Source: Utricularia gibba
Taxonomy: Eukaryota; Plantae; Magnoliophyta
Assembly: GCA_002189035.1 (NCBI GenBank)
Contig: CM007989.1
Coordinates: 6,572,001-6,636,000 of the forward strand
DNA: 64,000 nucleotides
Reading direction: 5' to 3'
In this document: piece after piece, positions 1 to 12,811 of the stretch
Layout: each line of letters starts with the position of its first letter
Position numbering within the stretch: the first letter of the stretch is position 1
Notes under the pieces: model-generated
Seen by the model: the letters and a program-made list of their open reading frames with translations, nothing else
What the model was told of the DNA's origin: nothing
The model's database searches: none
Position numbers and translations under genes: made by a program

Positions 1-248
1 TTATGCATTTTGATATAAAATATATTATAATTATTGTATAAGATATATAATATTAGAAATTATTTTTTGTGTTAGTAGTTAGATTATTCATGATTTTAGA
101 TCATTTTACTTGATTAAAATATATGAAATACTAATTTATATTTAAAATATTATGTTTATATTTATAATAAAATATTTATTTATTTATTTTTATGTTAAAA
201 TATAAATATATTATATTTGTTTATGAAAATTCGTGAACAATCATGAAT

Positions 249-328
249 TTTAAATAAACGAACATAAACAAAATTTTTGTTCAAGTAATTTAAATAAACG
301 AACATAAACAATTTTTTTGTTCAATAAA
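249..328. repeat. Two imperfect 40-bp tandem copies (TTTAAATAAACGAACATAAACAA...TTGTTCAA); resembles subterminal repeats of non-autonomous DNA transposons
   Basis: Copies at 249-288 and 289-328 read directly; transposon origin is inference. Confidence 0.55.
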
Positions 329-870
329 ATTAAACAAACAGACAGATACTTAGATGTTCTTATTAGTTACTATATAACATTATTAATCTTAAAGGGTCAG
401 CCCTTTTTCGTCATTCTAGGAGAAGATACTTTCACTCGCTGGCCCCGGCGCGTTTCCTTCACCCTCCTCACAAAGATATTCACTCACAGACACTGCTAAC
501 GTGTGATATGGGTATTCGACACCGAATCATATCCTTATTTTTATGGAAAAAAATAAAAAATATATTCATTAATTTGATATACATTTTAAATATTAAATTT
601 ATTCCAAAATCTCATTTTATTTATTCACATTAATTTATTCTCGAAAAACTATTTTTTCTATCAAATTTCAATTAATGAATTTTATAATTATATTCATTTA
701 TTGTAATAATTCGTCTTTTTGTTGTATGTAATTTTAAATAATAGATTAGTCCAAAGTGCATTGTCCGTACAATGTTGTTGACATGAGGAATCATTCCTTC
801 TCCTTCTTCCAAGTAAAAACAGGGTATTTCAATCCATTCTGCGCTGGAATCGGACTCCATCTCCAGCCCG

Positions 871-3242
871 ATGTCCAAACAGATCTACAGGGTCTGCTTC
901 TGCTTCAAACGGCGTTTCAATATTGCTTTCGCGGAGGCGCCGCCGGGCGTCAGGACCGTTTTCGACGAGTATTCGGAGAATGGGGTGATGTACGCGGATC
1001 ATTTCAGGAGGTTTTTGATTGAGGTGCAGGGGGAGAAAGCGGTCACACAGGAGGAAGCGCAGGCCCTGATGGACACCCTCCGCGAGCCCATTCATCTCAG
1101 TTTGTTTCACAAACGAGGAATCTATCTCCAAGCCTTCTTCAGTTATTTGTTCGGGGAGCTTAATCCGCCTCTTGATCCTAAGTTGAGGGTATCGTCTTCA
1201 ACAGCAATTTTTTCTTCTTTTTTTGTTTGTGTGTTTGTGATTCATGATTCATCACGCCGGGTATCTTCAGGTACACCATGACATGAATGCTCCACTTTCG
1301 CATTACTTCATATACACCGGCCACAATTCATATCTAACAGGGAATCAGTTGAGCAGCGAGTGCAGTGATGTTCCGATTATACGAGCATTGCAACGAGGGG
1401 TTCGAGTTATCGAACTGGATATTTGGCCGAATTCGACTAAGGATGATATTGATGTTCTTCATGGACGGTATCCTACTAGTAATACGCATGTTAGCTTGAG
1501 GGAAATCTGCTCTGCTCTCCTGAATATGATTCCTTTGTTGGTTCAGGACACTGACCACTCCTGTTAGCTTCCTTAGATGCTTGAGGTCCATCAAGGATCA
1601 TGCTTTTGATTCATCTGATTTCCCCGTTATAATAACACTTGAAGATCATCTTACCCATGACCTCCAAGCTAAAGCAGCAGAGGTTTGTCTATGGAGTTCC
1701 TTTCTCCCTGTGTGTTTTTGTATGGTGGTCGTCGGGGATAATGATCATCATCTAGTATTCGGTCATCTCATAGATGATAACTCAAACCTTTGAGGGAATG
1801 CTTTTTGCACCTGGGCCAGACGGCTTGAGTGTGTTTCCCTCCCCAGAGTTTCTAAAGAGAAAGGTGATGATATCCACCAAGCCACCCAAGGAGTACCTGA
1901 AAGCTGATGAAAGCCAAGACTTTGGATCAAGTAAGCGAATTGAGTTGTTCAAGAAGGACTCTTCCAGAAAAGAATCCAAAGGCCCTGGCACCAAAAGAGA
2001 GGACAGTAAGGTGAGCTGTTGAGTCTATGAGACTCAGCCGTCACAATGGAACTGAAACGCTCTTCTTCTACTCTAGGTAAAGGATGATCATGCTGTAGAC
2101 TATGAGGGACATGAAGATGATGCGCAGAACCCCAGTTCACAGCTAACTGAAGTGCCTGAATACAAAGGTTTAATTGCTATTCATGCATCGAAAATTAAAG
2201 GTGGAATGGGGGAAAAGTTGAGGATTGATCCTGATAAAGTGAGAAGGCTTAGCCTTAGCGAGCAGAATCTGGAGAAGGCAATCCTGACACATGGGCAAGG
2301 CATTGTGAGGTTTACACAAACGAACTTGCTTAGAGTATACCCAAAAGGAACTCGATTCAACTCCTCCAATTATGATCCCTTCATAGGTTGGACTCACGGG
2401 GCTCAAATGGTAGCATTCAATATGCAAGTAGGCTCATTTAAAGTGTCTTCTAGCAGCAAGATTTACAGGTCATGTTTCAGGAACGTGAAAGTTACCTTTT
2501 TTCTTCTCAGGGGTATGGAAAAGCACTTTGGTTGATGCATGGCATGTTCAAGGCAAACGGTGGATGTGGGTATCTGAAAAAACCAGATTTCTTGCTGAAC
2601 TCTCATGATATCTTCGATCCTACAACTTCAGCTTCATTACCAGTGAAAACTACTTTAAGAGTAAGCCTCTGCTCCTGACCCTCCAAAACTCGATTAGAAA
2701 CATGGTGCATTATTCTTACTTGTATACAACAATCTCCCCTCGAAACAGGTCTCCATCTTCATGGGACAAGGCTGGAGATCTGACTTCGAGGACACCCACT
2801 TCGACTTATACTCACCCCCTGACTTCTACACCAAAGTAAGGAGCATTCCCACCACGGGACCCGCCTTGATCTCTGCACATTAGGTCAACAAAATTGGATT
2901 CTGAGTTTTGTCATCGTTTTGAAGGTCGGAATTGCAGGGGTAGCAGCAGACACTACATCCGAGAAAACCAAGACGATTGAGGATAACTGGATACCTACTT
3001 GGGATCAGGTGTTTGAATTCCCTTTGAGAGTTCCCGAGCTCGCATTGCTCCGGGTCCAAGTCCGGGAATACGATATGTCGGAAAAGGATGACTTCGCCGG
3101 GCAAACATGCCTTCCCATATCGGAGCTGAGGCAGGGAATCAGAGCCGTCCCTCTTTACTCTGAAAAGGGAGAGAAGTACCCATCGGTTAAGCTGCTCATG
3201 AGGTTTGAGTTCCTCTCTCCTTGTTATATTCCTGTGTACTGA
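871..3242 (+). CDS. PLC: Phosphoinositide-specific phospholipase C (EF-hand, X, Y, C2 domains), 8 exons
   Basis: Exons approx 871-1188, 1271-1467, 1547-1682, 1774-2010, 2077-2427, 2511-2660, 2749-2835, 2925-3242, all GT-AG; X-domain [19 protein letters not shown]; Y-domain [18 protein letters not shown]; C2 with [12 protein letters not shown]. Confidence 0.96.
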
Positions 3243-3812
3243 ACCAGTCCTTCAGCACCTTGATCACAGAGAGTGCCTGAATACACAATGCTCTTACCCT
3301 CCTTCTCCGGTGGCCTTATTATCAAATACGGCACGGCGGCGGGAGGTGCCCGCATCCGCAACGCCCGACGGGTTAATTGGATGAATGGTCATCTGATATT
3401 ATAAAAGTGTCTATTATAATAAATAAATTTAATAAAATAATTTACTTTAATCATCATTTAAAATATGACATTTAGAACGGGATCATTTTCAATCCTCTCT
3501 TCGGCATTTCACCGAACACCTCCGGGTCGTTGTCCAGGCATTTGAAGGAAGGCTACTGGTATCTAAAATAAGGTCAAAATGCTTCACTTCTCTCAAGTCT
3601 TACCTCACACAACTTGAATCTAAAACACTTCATCAATAGTGCAAAGAATATGGGTTGAAGACAGTAGTTGCATGGGAGTATGAGCTACAATCCTCATTTG
3701 AAAATTGGGTGTGTGTGAATGTGTGAAGAGTTCTGGGAAGAAGAAAACTTACCTAATTTCTGGGAGTATACACAGCAGGAGCAACTTGAGGGATGGATGG
3801 GGTGCGATTGTT

Positions 3813-5309
3813 CTATCTGATCTGATCCACTGGGATACCGTGTTTCTCGAACCATTCCGGCATATGGAACTTCTGATAGAGAATGGGGCGTATATCTTTC
3901 TGCACAGACAAGTGCTTCAGCAATGGGAGGATGAATTCCATTAGCTTTGAAGCAGGCAGAGAGCTTTCATATTAGTAAGATTACAGGGATGAAGGGAGCA
4001 TCTTGGTGAAGGAAATCCAGGGTACCTGAGCGTCTCGAGGGTGAGCAGGAGAAAATGGCGCACAAGGGATTCCATTCAGCGGTTGCATCAAGAAGCTAAA
4101 TGGATTGTTATCTACAATGACCACCCTGCAGAGGTCCTTTGACAAGCAAGATAAGTCCTTCACATGATCACGGTACTGTCTGAAATGCATCGAAAAAGAC
4201 TGAAGCATCAGCTGATGGAGTTGTTCCGGTTAGATCAGCAAACAAGGTCAGTCATGTTACGTGGAAACAGTTGAAGGCCGATAGAGTCTGCGGATGAACA
4301 CATTGTTGGCATCTATTCTGTCTATAACTGGTTTTGCATAGCCTGAAAGGAGTTGAATGAGTATAAGAGAGTGGCATCAGACAAAGAAACAGAAGCAAGC
4401 TCATTGAGAAACAAGTAACCTTCAAGACCAGCAGTAAACAGCACTAGATCAGCAAATTCGCTGAGCTGCTTCAAAAAATCCTTCAAACCAGGCCGCTCAA
4501 ACACAGTCACATTGTTGGTCTTAGGTTTCCCTTCAATATCCTTAAATATCCATCAAACAGTACAACAAGAGTACAAAACTGTAAGATGAACGAACCATGA
4601 AATGAAGGATGATAGGCATGGTCTATATTCCTAATCATTCATTTCCAGCAGAACAAGAAGCTTTTAACTCACTTTGTCTGAAGAGAAACACTCCAGTTCA
4701 AACCAGTTGACTCCTGCTTTAGTGGCTTTATCACGCAAATTAGCAGGCAAGCTTGAAGTCTCATAAGCACATACTAGAGTCTCATCCAAATCAAGAACCA
4801 CCTGGATAAGGAAAAAAGCATGACCATGAAGAGAAACTTATTCCAAATCCATCTAAAACTCGTTAGATTCATTACCACTTCAATGAATAAAGTTGTACCC
4901 TAAGTAATTAACTAGCTGTAACAAGGCTCAATACCTTCAATTTCCCAATCAATGACAAAAACGAAGTCAATTTAATAGCAAATTGAATCAAATTACCATT
5001 AACTTCTCCAAAGGAGCTCCCTGACCACTCCCTCTCTGTCCCTCCGCCGGAGAATGCAACCCTGCATTGCTGATTTCATGGAGCTCAACTACCGGCACGG
5101 GCTTAAACTGAAACTGCGGCATCCCTGAAGTCAAAAAATCAAACAAAAAAGAGTCACGGAGGAGTCCGATTCACATTGAAACCTGAATAAACGTCGGGCG
5201 GCGCCGCACCACTGAGGATCTGAAGGAAGATCTGAACGAAGAATCCGATCCAATCTAGCATCACCTTCCACAAATGTATCGTCCTCGGCTCGTACTCCGA
5301 CGCCGCCAT
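3813..5309 (-). CDS. SCP1/CTD small phosphatase-like HAD (NIF domain) protein, multi-exon
   Basis: Start MAASEYEPRTIHLWKVMLDWIGFFVQIFLQIL at 5309; HAD motif VVLDLDETLV; VFERPGL, LFTAGLEGY, VIVDNNPFSF; ends RMPEWFEKHGIPVDQIR* (TAG 3813-3815). Confidence 0.92.
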
Positions 5310-6991
5310 CTCGACCCCAAGCACACAAAACAACGGCTTCTACTCCCCTCCAAACACGCTGCCGCGCTGGCCCAGCAAAATTATAGCTCGGATGTCGGAA
5401 TTGAGTCGAACGGAAGAATCAAACAACCATTCAGCGCCCACTCCGACGGACAAAAAGAGAGAACCAACCAGTCAGCGGTCAGAGAAGCGTGAGACGCACG
5501 CTCCAATGGCCAAAGCACAGTAATCATGAGGCTAACTTTACTTTTTTCACCCTACACAACGATTTCATTTCAAGGGAAATATAATTAAACCAAAATAATA
5601 TTGCTATTTTGATATTTACCATATTGCCCCTTAACTGAATCATGTCTACATTATTACAGAATTAGTAATGTTAGTACCCCAGTGAAATAGAGTAAAAAAA
5701 AGAAAAGTGTACGTCATAAAATATAAAAAACGTGGGGGAAATGTCACTGGCCAAGTGATAATTATTAATTACTAAAAGTGACCCCCCCGGTCCGCAGCCG
5801 TCCATTTTTGGATCTCTCTCACTGTCCATTTTTTGATTTAAGTTGATCATGTAGACAATCAATCCAATTTCTCTCAATATTAATAAATAATAAATTCTTT
5901 TTAAAAATCTATATTATAACTAATTTTCCTTGGTCCTAATATTTTTTAAAAAACCTAAAGTTATTATTATGGTGAATTTGTGCTTCATATAAATCATAAT
6001 GTAAAGTTTAGGGTTTAGGGTGAATTTGTGCTTCGTATGTACATTAAACTATAAACTCTAAATCCTAAATTTCTTCAATTTTTTAAAAAATGATCCAATT
6101 TTTTTTTCATTAAAAATGATTAAAAATTTGGAAGGGGAATCTAAAATCCCACTATTGTTTTTTCTATTAATATTCGAATTTCACTGTCTTCGTACTATTT
6201 TATTGGAATTTATGTTAAATTTTATTTTGAAATTATTTTAGAATTAATTATCATTAATTGAGATTTTAGATACTTATTATTGTGAATACTTATTTTACAC
6301 TCTAGAATATGGTATATATTTTTGTATAATTGAAAAATAATCATTTAAAATTTGATAAAATTAAAATATATTATTGAGTACAATAATGGAGGAGCCTATT
6401 TCTTAATTGGTAGAATATAAATTATTTATGGTTGAAAATAATAAAAATAAGTAAATAAATGTTCTCAAAATTTTGAATTTTTTATTATGAAAAAGGGTAA
6501 AATAAATAAATGAAGAAGAAAAGTCGCCCTTCGCCTCTCACGCGTTTCTCTAAAGTCCGCGTTTTTTCTCGAACTCGGGTTGCAGTGTGTGGGTTGAGAA
6601 CATCATCCCGCATTTATTCTCTGTTCAAAGCTTTTTTCTGTAGATTCAGAGTTTTGTCCTGGATTTTTTTTTTCTCTTCCTAGGGGAGAGAGGTAAAAGG
6701 AGCAACTTTTGGTTTTTTGGATTCCGTTTCGCTTGTGTAGTTGTTGGTAGGTGAGGTGGGTTTTATTTTCTCTGTTCGTTTCTGATGGTCTGTCGTTGAT
6801 TCATGTTTGCTTGATCTGGGTTTTGATTTTTTTATGCTGTGTTTTTTCATGAAGAGTTTTATGTTCAGATTCGTCGTAGCTTTATCTGAGCAACTGGGCT
6901 TCTGCTGATATTTTGTGAAAAATTGCCTTTTTTTGTTCTGTAGCTATGGTTGTGATTAGTTTCTGGTTCTTTGTTTCTATTTCAGATTCTG

Positions 6992-8776
6992 ATGTGTGGA
7001 GGTGGGAAAGGTGAAGCTAGCCCTTGCGATTTGGAGATGGAGGCTGAACTTCATGGTGAAGAAGGGGAAGAAGTGCGAAAATTTTGCACTGTTTTGCTTG
7101 AATTAGCTGCGTTTGACGATCTGTCAGGGTTTCTCCGTGAAATCGAGATGGGTTCTTCTTTAGATGAAGTAGGATTTTGGTATTGCAGAAGCTTTGGCTC
7201 AAACAAGATGGGGTTTGAAGAAAGAACCCCTCTCATGATTGCTTCTTTCTATGGGAGCACTTCGATTCTCAGGTATCTAGTTGAATCTGGAAAAGTTGAT
7301 GTCAACAGAGCTTCCGCCTCCGACGGCGCTACCGCCCTTCACTGCGCCGCGGCCGGCGGATCTTGGTCATCCTTGGAGGTGGTTAAGATTCTTATTGATG
7401 CCGCCGGTGATGTTAGTGCTTTGGATTTCAAGGGGAGAAGAGCTGGAAACTTGATTCCCCCTCGTGTCAAGAAGTCTTTTAATTCTTTGAAGTGGAAAAG
7501 GCTGGAGATGCTGTTGAACGGCGTCGCCGGGGATTGTGAATTCGACGAGGAAGAGGAGATTGCAATACAGAAGAAAAAAGAATACCCTTTTGATGTCTCT
7601 TTACCTGATATAAACAATGGGATCTACGGCACTGATGAATTCAGAATGTACAGTTTCAAGGTGAAACCTTGCTCTAGAGCTTATTCTCATGACTGGACAG
7701 AGTGTCCATTTGTACATCCCGGCGAGAATGCACGGCGGCGGGATCTGAGAAAGTACCACTACAGTTGTGTTCCTTGTCCTGAATTCAAGAAGGGAGCATG
7801 TGGTAAAGGAGATAACTGTGAATACGCCCATGGTGTTTTCGAATCATGGCTTCACCCTGCTCAATACAGAACACGTCTCTGTAAGGATGAAATTGGTTGT
7901 TCTAGGAAGGTTTGCTTCTTCGCCCATAAGCCTGAAGAACTCCGGCAGTCATACGCCTCCACTGGTATGGATTTGAGTCCGCTATCTCTTGGTTCACCTT
8001 GTTCGTCTCCGGTCGGAGGGGGTTCACTTTGGCAGAGCAAGATCAATCCGGCTCCACCGGCTCTGCAGCTGCCGGGGAGTCGATTGAAGGTGGCCTTGAG
8101 TCCAAGGGTTGCAGATTTGGATATGAATGTTCTGGGATTCGAAGAAATGGCCAACGTTTCTTCTCCATACAGCAGAATGGGAACCGGGGGAGATTTGCAG
8201 CAAAGCAATCTTGAGGATGTCTTTGGTGCATATGATCATCCATCTTTGATTTCTCAAATGCAGGGGCAATCTCCGAAGTTCAGCTCCAACTCCGCCTCTC
8301 AGCTGCAATCTCCAACTTACCGGCAGAACATGAACCATCTCCGATCGAGCTTTCCGTCGAGCATCTCATCTGCACAACTAGGAATCCACGGTTTCGATTC
8401 CTCCCCCGCGATGGCGGCAGCCATCTTACATTCAAGATCGTTAGCATTCACTAAACGCAGCCAGAGCTTCATCCATCATGGCCGCGCCCCCTTTCAAGCT
8501 CAGCCAATTCCCCAACACTCAGGCCGTCGATTCCATCCGAATGGGGCTCGCCGAACGGGAAGCTCGACTGGAGGTTCAATGGCGACGATGATAACAAGCT
8601 CAGGAAATCCTCATCTTTCGGGATTCGTAGCGAGAACAGATTTCAGACAGGTAACATCGATGAACCAGAACTTCACTGGTAATCCCTGATAGAACCGTGA
8701 CGCCGGTGGCTCAGCGAAGAAATGTACATAGAGCGGAAGCAGAAGCAGATCGTGGCCTCCCGCCGCCGTGAACTAA
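6992..8776 (+). CDS. SZF1: Ankyrin-repeat tandem CCCH zinc-finger protein (SZF1/SZF2-like TZF); 3' end frameshifted, end coordinate approximate
   Basis: Ankyrin repeats ([15 protein letters not shown]), [23 protein letters not shown] fingers [19 protein letters not shown] and [16 protein letters not shown]; conserved tail [12 protein letters not shown]...KLRKSSSFG...MYIE lies in the -1 frame from about 8536; leader intron ends at 6985. Confidence 0.9.
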
Positions 8777-10854
8777 CCGGCGTTGCCACTCAGCTGAGGA
8801 CAATGAATTATTATTCTGAAATTCCGAAGGGTAATTTGAGCAGCAAATTTAATCTGTGAACAATAATTTCATTTATTTATATTTATTATTATTTTTCCCT
8901 TTCCTGATGTATTCTTCTTTCAAAATCAAAATTTTAATATTTTAAAATGTCATTGGTGGTAATTATGCAAGTGTATAGAAACCGTCGAAATAATAAAATA
9001 AGATCGTATTCATATGTAATTGTTATTGAAATATTCTTTTTAAACAAAGATTCAAAAATATCGAAAACAAAAGAAAGATTTGGTTTTGAATACAATAATA
9101 AAAGTGTCATTGGATCTAAGATCCACCTTACTTGAAATTCGCTCTTACGTGTGTGCAAACCTTGAGATGACCTGCTTGCGCAAGCTTTAGGGGTGTTATG
9201 CTAAAGTAGTGCTACTCGGTGACCGTTATAGTACCGTCCCTTATTTTGTGGGATTATGGAATCAACTACGCCACTAGAGCCATTTCACCTCTTATGATAA
9301 CCCATGTTTTCCCCACACTCAAATCTAATCCCTATACCTCTCACCTCGCAGACAGATTAAACAGAATGTGTTTTACCAACGATGTCCGATTGAGCCCTTC
9401 TCCTTAGGTGATTGAGTCTAATTTTTAATTCTCCCACATTCCCTTAATGCTATATGGTACTAAAGATCACGTTGGTAAAGAAAACGTTGCGAAAAACAGA
9501 ATCAGATCTCAAATTAAATGCTGAAAAACATGGTAAGACAGTCACATGCACAGAACTTACGCAAGTAAGGCTTCACAGCAGATCCTCAGCCGCAAGCGCT
9601 CACACGCGCATACTTGACTCTAAACAATAAAAATTGATGAAAAACGAAAGGAAAGTAATCCAAAACATGCTAGACTCGACTCTAAACCCTAATTTGACTC
9701 TTTGGTCATCCACCACTTCTGACCCTTCTTAGGTCTTCACGTTTGGATTTTCATATAATGGTGGGGATTTGTTAGCTTTCTTGATGGGCTCGCATCAAAT
9801 CTTCTATCTGAATCTTCTAAAATTTGATACAAATCTTCTAGGATGAGATCCAATTTCTCCAAGATAAGATGCGAATCTTATCTTATCCGAGAATCTTTGA
9901 CCGAGTCTTCATCCAAATAGACCGAATCTTTGTCTCCATCAAAGTAGTTCAAAAATCCCCCAAATTATTCCAAATTTGTCCTGAAAAATCACAAAGCACA
10001 ATTTCCCTCCAAAAAGATCAAATTAGTATGAAAGATATAAAATTCTTCTAAAAACATAAGGAAATTGGGATAAAAAGAATGCAAAACTCATGTAAGAGAG
10101 TCCTAAAAAGTACAAATATAAGTGACACAAAATCAATTATCAGTCATTTCTATTTTTGTATTCGTCCTTTTTTTTACAAAATATATTTTTATATTAATTA
10201 TTACTGAATTTTTTAATTCCATATAAGTGTAATTATTTTAATTTTAAACTAATAATTTATATTATTTGTTATATAATGTCATGTGTTGCGCATATTTATA
10301 TATGAAGTTAATTCATGAACTAGATATACGAACTTTTGAATATATGTATGATCGCATACATACATCCAAAAAATTATTTTCTTAAAAAGTTGAAATTAAA
10401 AATATAATAAATATGTTTATCAATAGTTAATTGGCTTCCATTATTTATATTCAATCTTATTTGATTTTCTCATTCTTTCATTGGTAGAAATCAATTATTT
10501 CGCTTGGTATATTTCAAATTTAAAAAACAACATATCCTAAATATTAATTTTTAGAAAAAAATAATTATCTTATTATTTACAGTTTAATTTATTATAAAAT
10601 TAATATTTTTTTAATTAATGATAATAGTTCATCAATAGTTACTATTGTTACTTAAATGATAAAACTAGTCTCATGAAATATTGTTTTAATTTCCACTATT
10701 TCAAAAACATTTATATTTAATATCCAATGTTTTAAACTTGGATAAAAATAGTCTACACTACTTACACTAATGGCAAATCAATTTATAATTTAAAATTCTA
10801 TTTTTTCCTTGATTCAATTTTATTATTTCCGATCAAACTTCGATTGCCACCGAA

Positions 10855-11152
10855 TGTGACGTCCCGCTCCGCGGAAGGGTCGAGCAGAAGGGACTTAGGC
10901 GAATCCCACATCGATCAAGGATGAGGGAGAGGATGAGATTAAGAGGAATGATCACATAAATCTAATACAATGCCTTTTTCCCAATACGATGGAGTATACT
11001 TCATAAGAACTCTAAAATTAAGCGTGCTTACCAAGGGTAATGTGAGGATGGGTGACCCTTGGGAAGTCGGACGGTATGTGAGTAAAATGTAAAACAGTGA
11101 GAATTGGGTGTTTATAGTAGATAATATCGTGTTAGGTGACGTCGGTCTTACA
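10855..11152 (+). mobile_element. Cassandra-type TRIM LTR (single LTR, 298 bp) with 5S rRNA-derived segment
   Basis: TGTGAC...CTTACA termini; 11002-11068 matches the internal control region of plant 5S rRNA (ATTAAGCGTGCTT box A-like, GGATGGGTGACC box C); no matching 5-bp TSD (CCGAA vs ATTGG). Confidence 0.8.
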
Positions 11153-11167
11153 ATTGGCACGGGTCAT

Positions 11168-11860
11168 TGGGGAAATGATTTAAATACCTGAACTTTTTTA
11201 TTTTATTTGCCATTTAACCTAGTTATAGCAAAGATTTGTAAATTACCAACAAAATAAGTTGTTCTTTGGGTTTTACCCTACTTTATGCTTTTTTTGTTTT
11301 TGAATGTTTTTTTTTATTTCTAATTTAGGGGTTCAATTTTAAAGTTTAATATTTAGTATTTATAATTTATAAATATTATATATTAAGTTTTCATAATTTT
11401 ATGATTACTGATTTAGAGTTTAGGGTTTAAGATTTCATAATTTTTTAAGATTACTGATTTAGATTTTAGGGTTTAAGATTTCATAATTTTTTAAGATTAC
11501 TGATTTAGGGTTTAAGATTTTAATTGGGATTTAATTTTTTTGGTTTCAGATTTAAATTTTTGAGTTGAAGGTTTAGATTTTAGAACTTGATATTTAGTTT
11601 TTTGATTTAAGATTTACGGATTTAAGATTTGAAATTTAAGTTTAAGATTTTAAGTTTAGATTTTAGGGTTTATATTATGATATTTTTAAATTTCAGATTT
11701 AGGGTTTAGGGTTTGAATAAAAATTAAGTTTTATGTATTTTTATTTTTTATAATTTAATTTATAAATTAAATCTTAATATAAGGTATTTTACAAATGGTA
11801 GACGAACATAAGGTAATTTTCAAAGAAAAATTAAAAATAGGGTAAAATGCAAATATAATG
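11168..11860. mobile_element. Degenerate AT-rich Mutator-like non-autonomous element
   Basis: Degenerate inverted similarity between ends (TATTTGCCATTTAACCT vs reverse complement TATTTGCATTTTACCCT; ATTTGTAAATTACC vs ATTTGTAAAATACC); internal TTTAGGG-rich repeats; boundaries approximate. Confidence 0.4.
11403..11520. repeat. 46-bp tandem repeat (2 full copies plus 1 partial) containing plant telomere motif TTTAGGG
   Basis: Units 11403-11448 and 11449-11494 differ at one base; partial copy 11495-11520. Confidence 0.85.
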
Positions 11861-12736
11861 GACCTGACAAAGGTAAAACGTCGAGGGAGCCACGGGTCGT
11901 TACAATCGAGTGCCGCCTACTGTCTGCAGCGCCCTACCGGGTGGGCCGTCGCACATGGGCAGTGGGCGGTAGAGGCGCTGCCGACGGTAAGCGACAGTGG
12001 TCAGCAATAGTCAACTTTGGTCAGCGACGGCTGGATGGTGATTGGAGAAAATGGAAGCCAAATTTACCAAATTATTAAACAATAGGGACCAAATATCAGT
12101 TTTTAAATATTGAGTATCAATTATAAATGATATTTTTACAGTATTAACCAAAAATAATTGAAATAAAAAAGATTGAAAACTAAATATGTTCGGTACATTA
12201 AAAATTAAAGATTAAATATGTTTGATACGTTGAAATTTAGGAACTAAATATATCAATGAGGACTAATTACATCATTTTCATTAAATATTGAAAACTAATC
12301 GTGTCAATTTTAAAAACTTTAGAGATTTTTGCCGCCATAATTTACATATTTTCCTTTTCTACCATATTCAAAATATGTCTTACATTCACTTTAAATGGAG
12401 TTTCAGTATCTCAAAAAATTATATTTTAAATATAAATATATTTAAATTTCGTCAATTTTCACCCTGAAAATAGGTATATCCCTGAATTTGTGCATCACAC
12501 CTGGTATCTCAATTTCAAGTTGTTTGCATATTTTGTCATGTTTTTACAATTTGACTCAATATTATTTTAAAAAATTAATCTGATATTAAAAATGGATTAA
12601 TTAATTGATTCAGTTGGAAAGCGCAGGAGACGTTGGAAGGGGGACTCCGGAGTCCCAAGTCCAGACTGCTCACCGACTCCGTTTCTTCATCTTCACTTCA
12701 ACTTCTTCACCAAATCCAACAAACCAAACTGCTGGC

Positions 12737-12769
12737 GTCGTCGTCGTCGTCTTCTTCTTCTTCTTCTTC
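12737..12769. repeat. Compound microsatellite (GTC)5(TTC)6 in the TBL 5' leader
   Basis: Read directly. Confidence 0.85.
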
Positions 12770-12811
12770 TTGGACTGTCATGTCATTTCTCACTTCCGGA
12801 ACCTCCTCCAC

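Noticed and set aside
9140-9438. Possible LTR fragment ending CCCACA, with TE-like sequence to about 10060
   Set aside because: No matching start, TSD or coding motif found.
11002-11068. 5S rRNA gene
   Set aside because: Only the internal control region matches; the 5' and 3' parts are missing and it sits inside an LTR-like element.
11900-12560. Possible second Mutator-like MITE
   Set aside because: Only generic subterminal-like motifs; no definable TIR or TSD.
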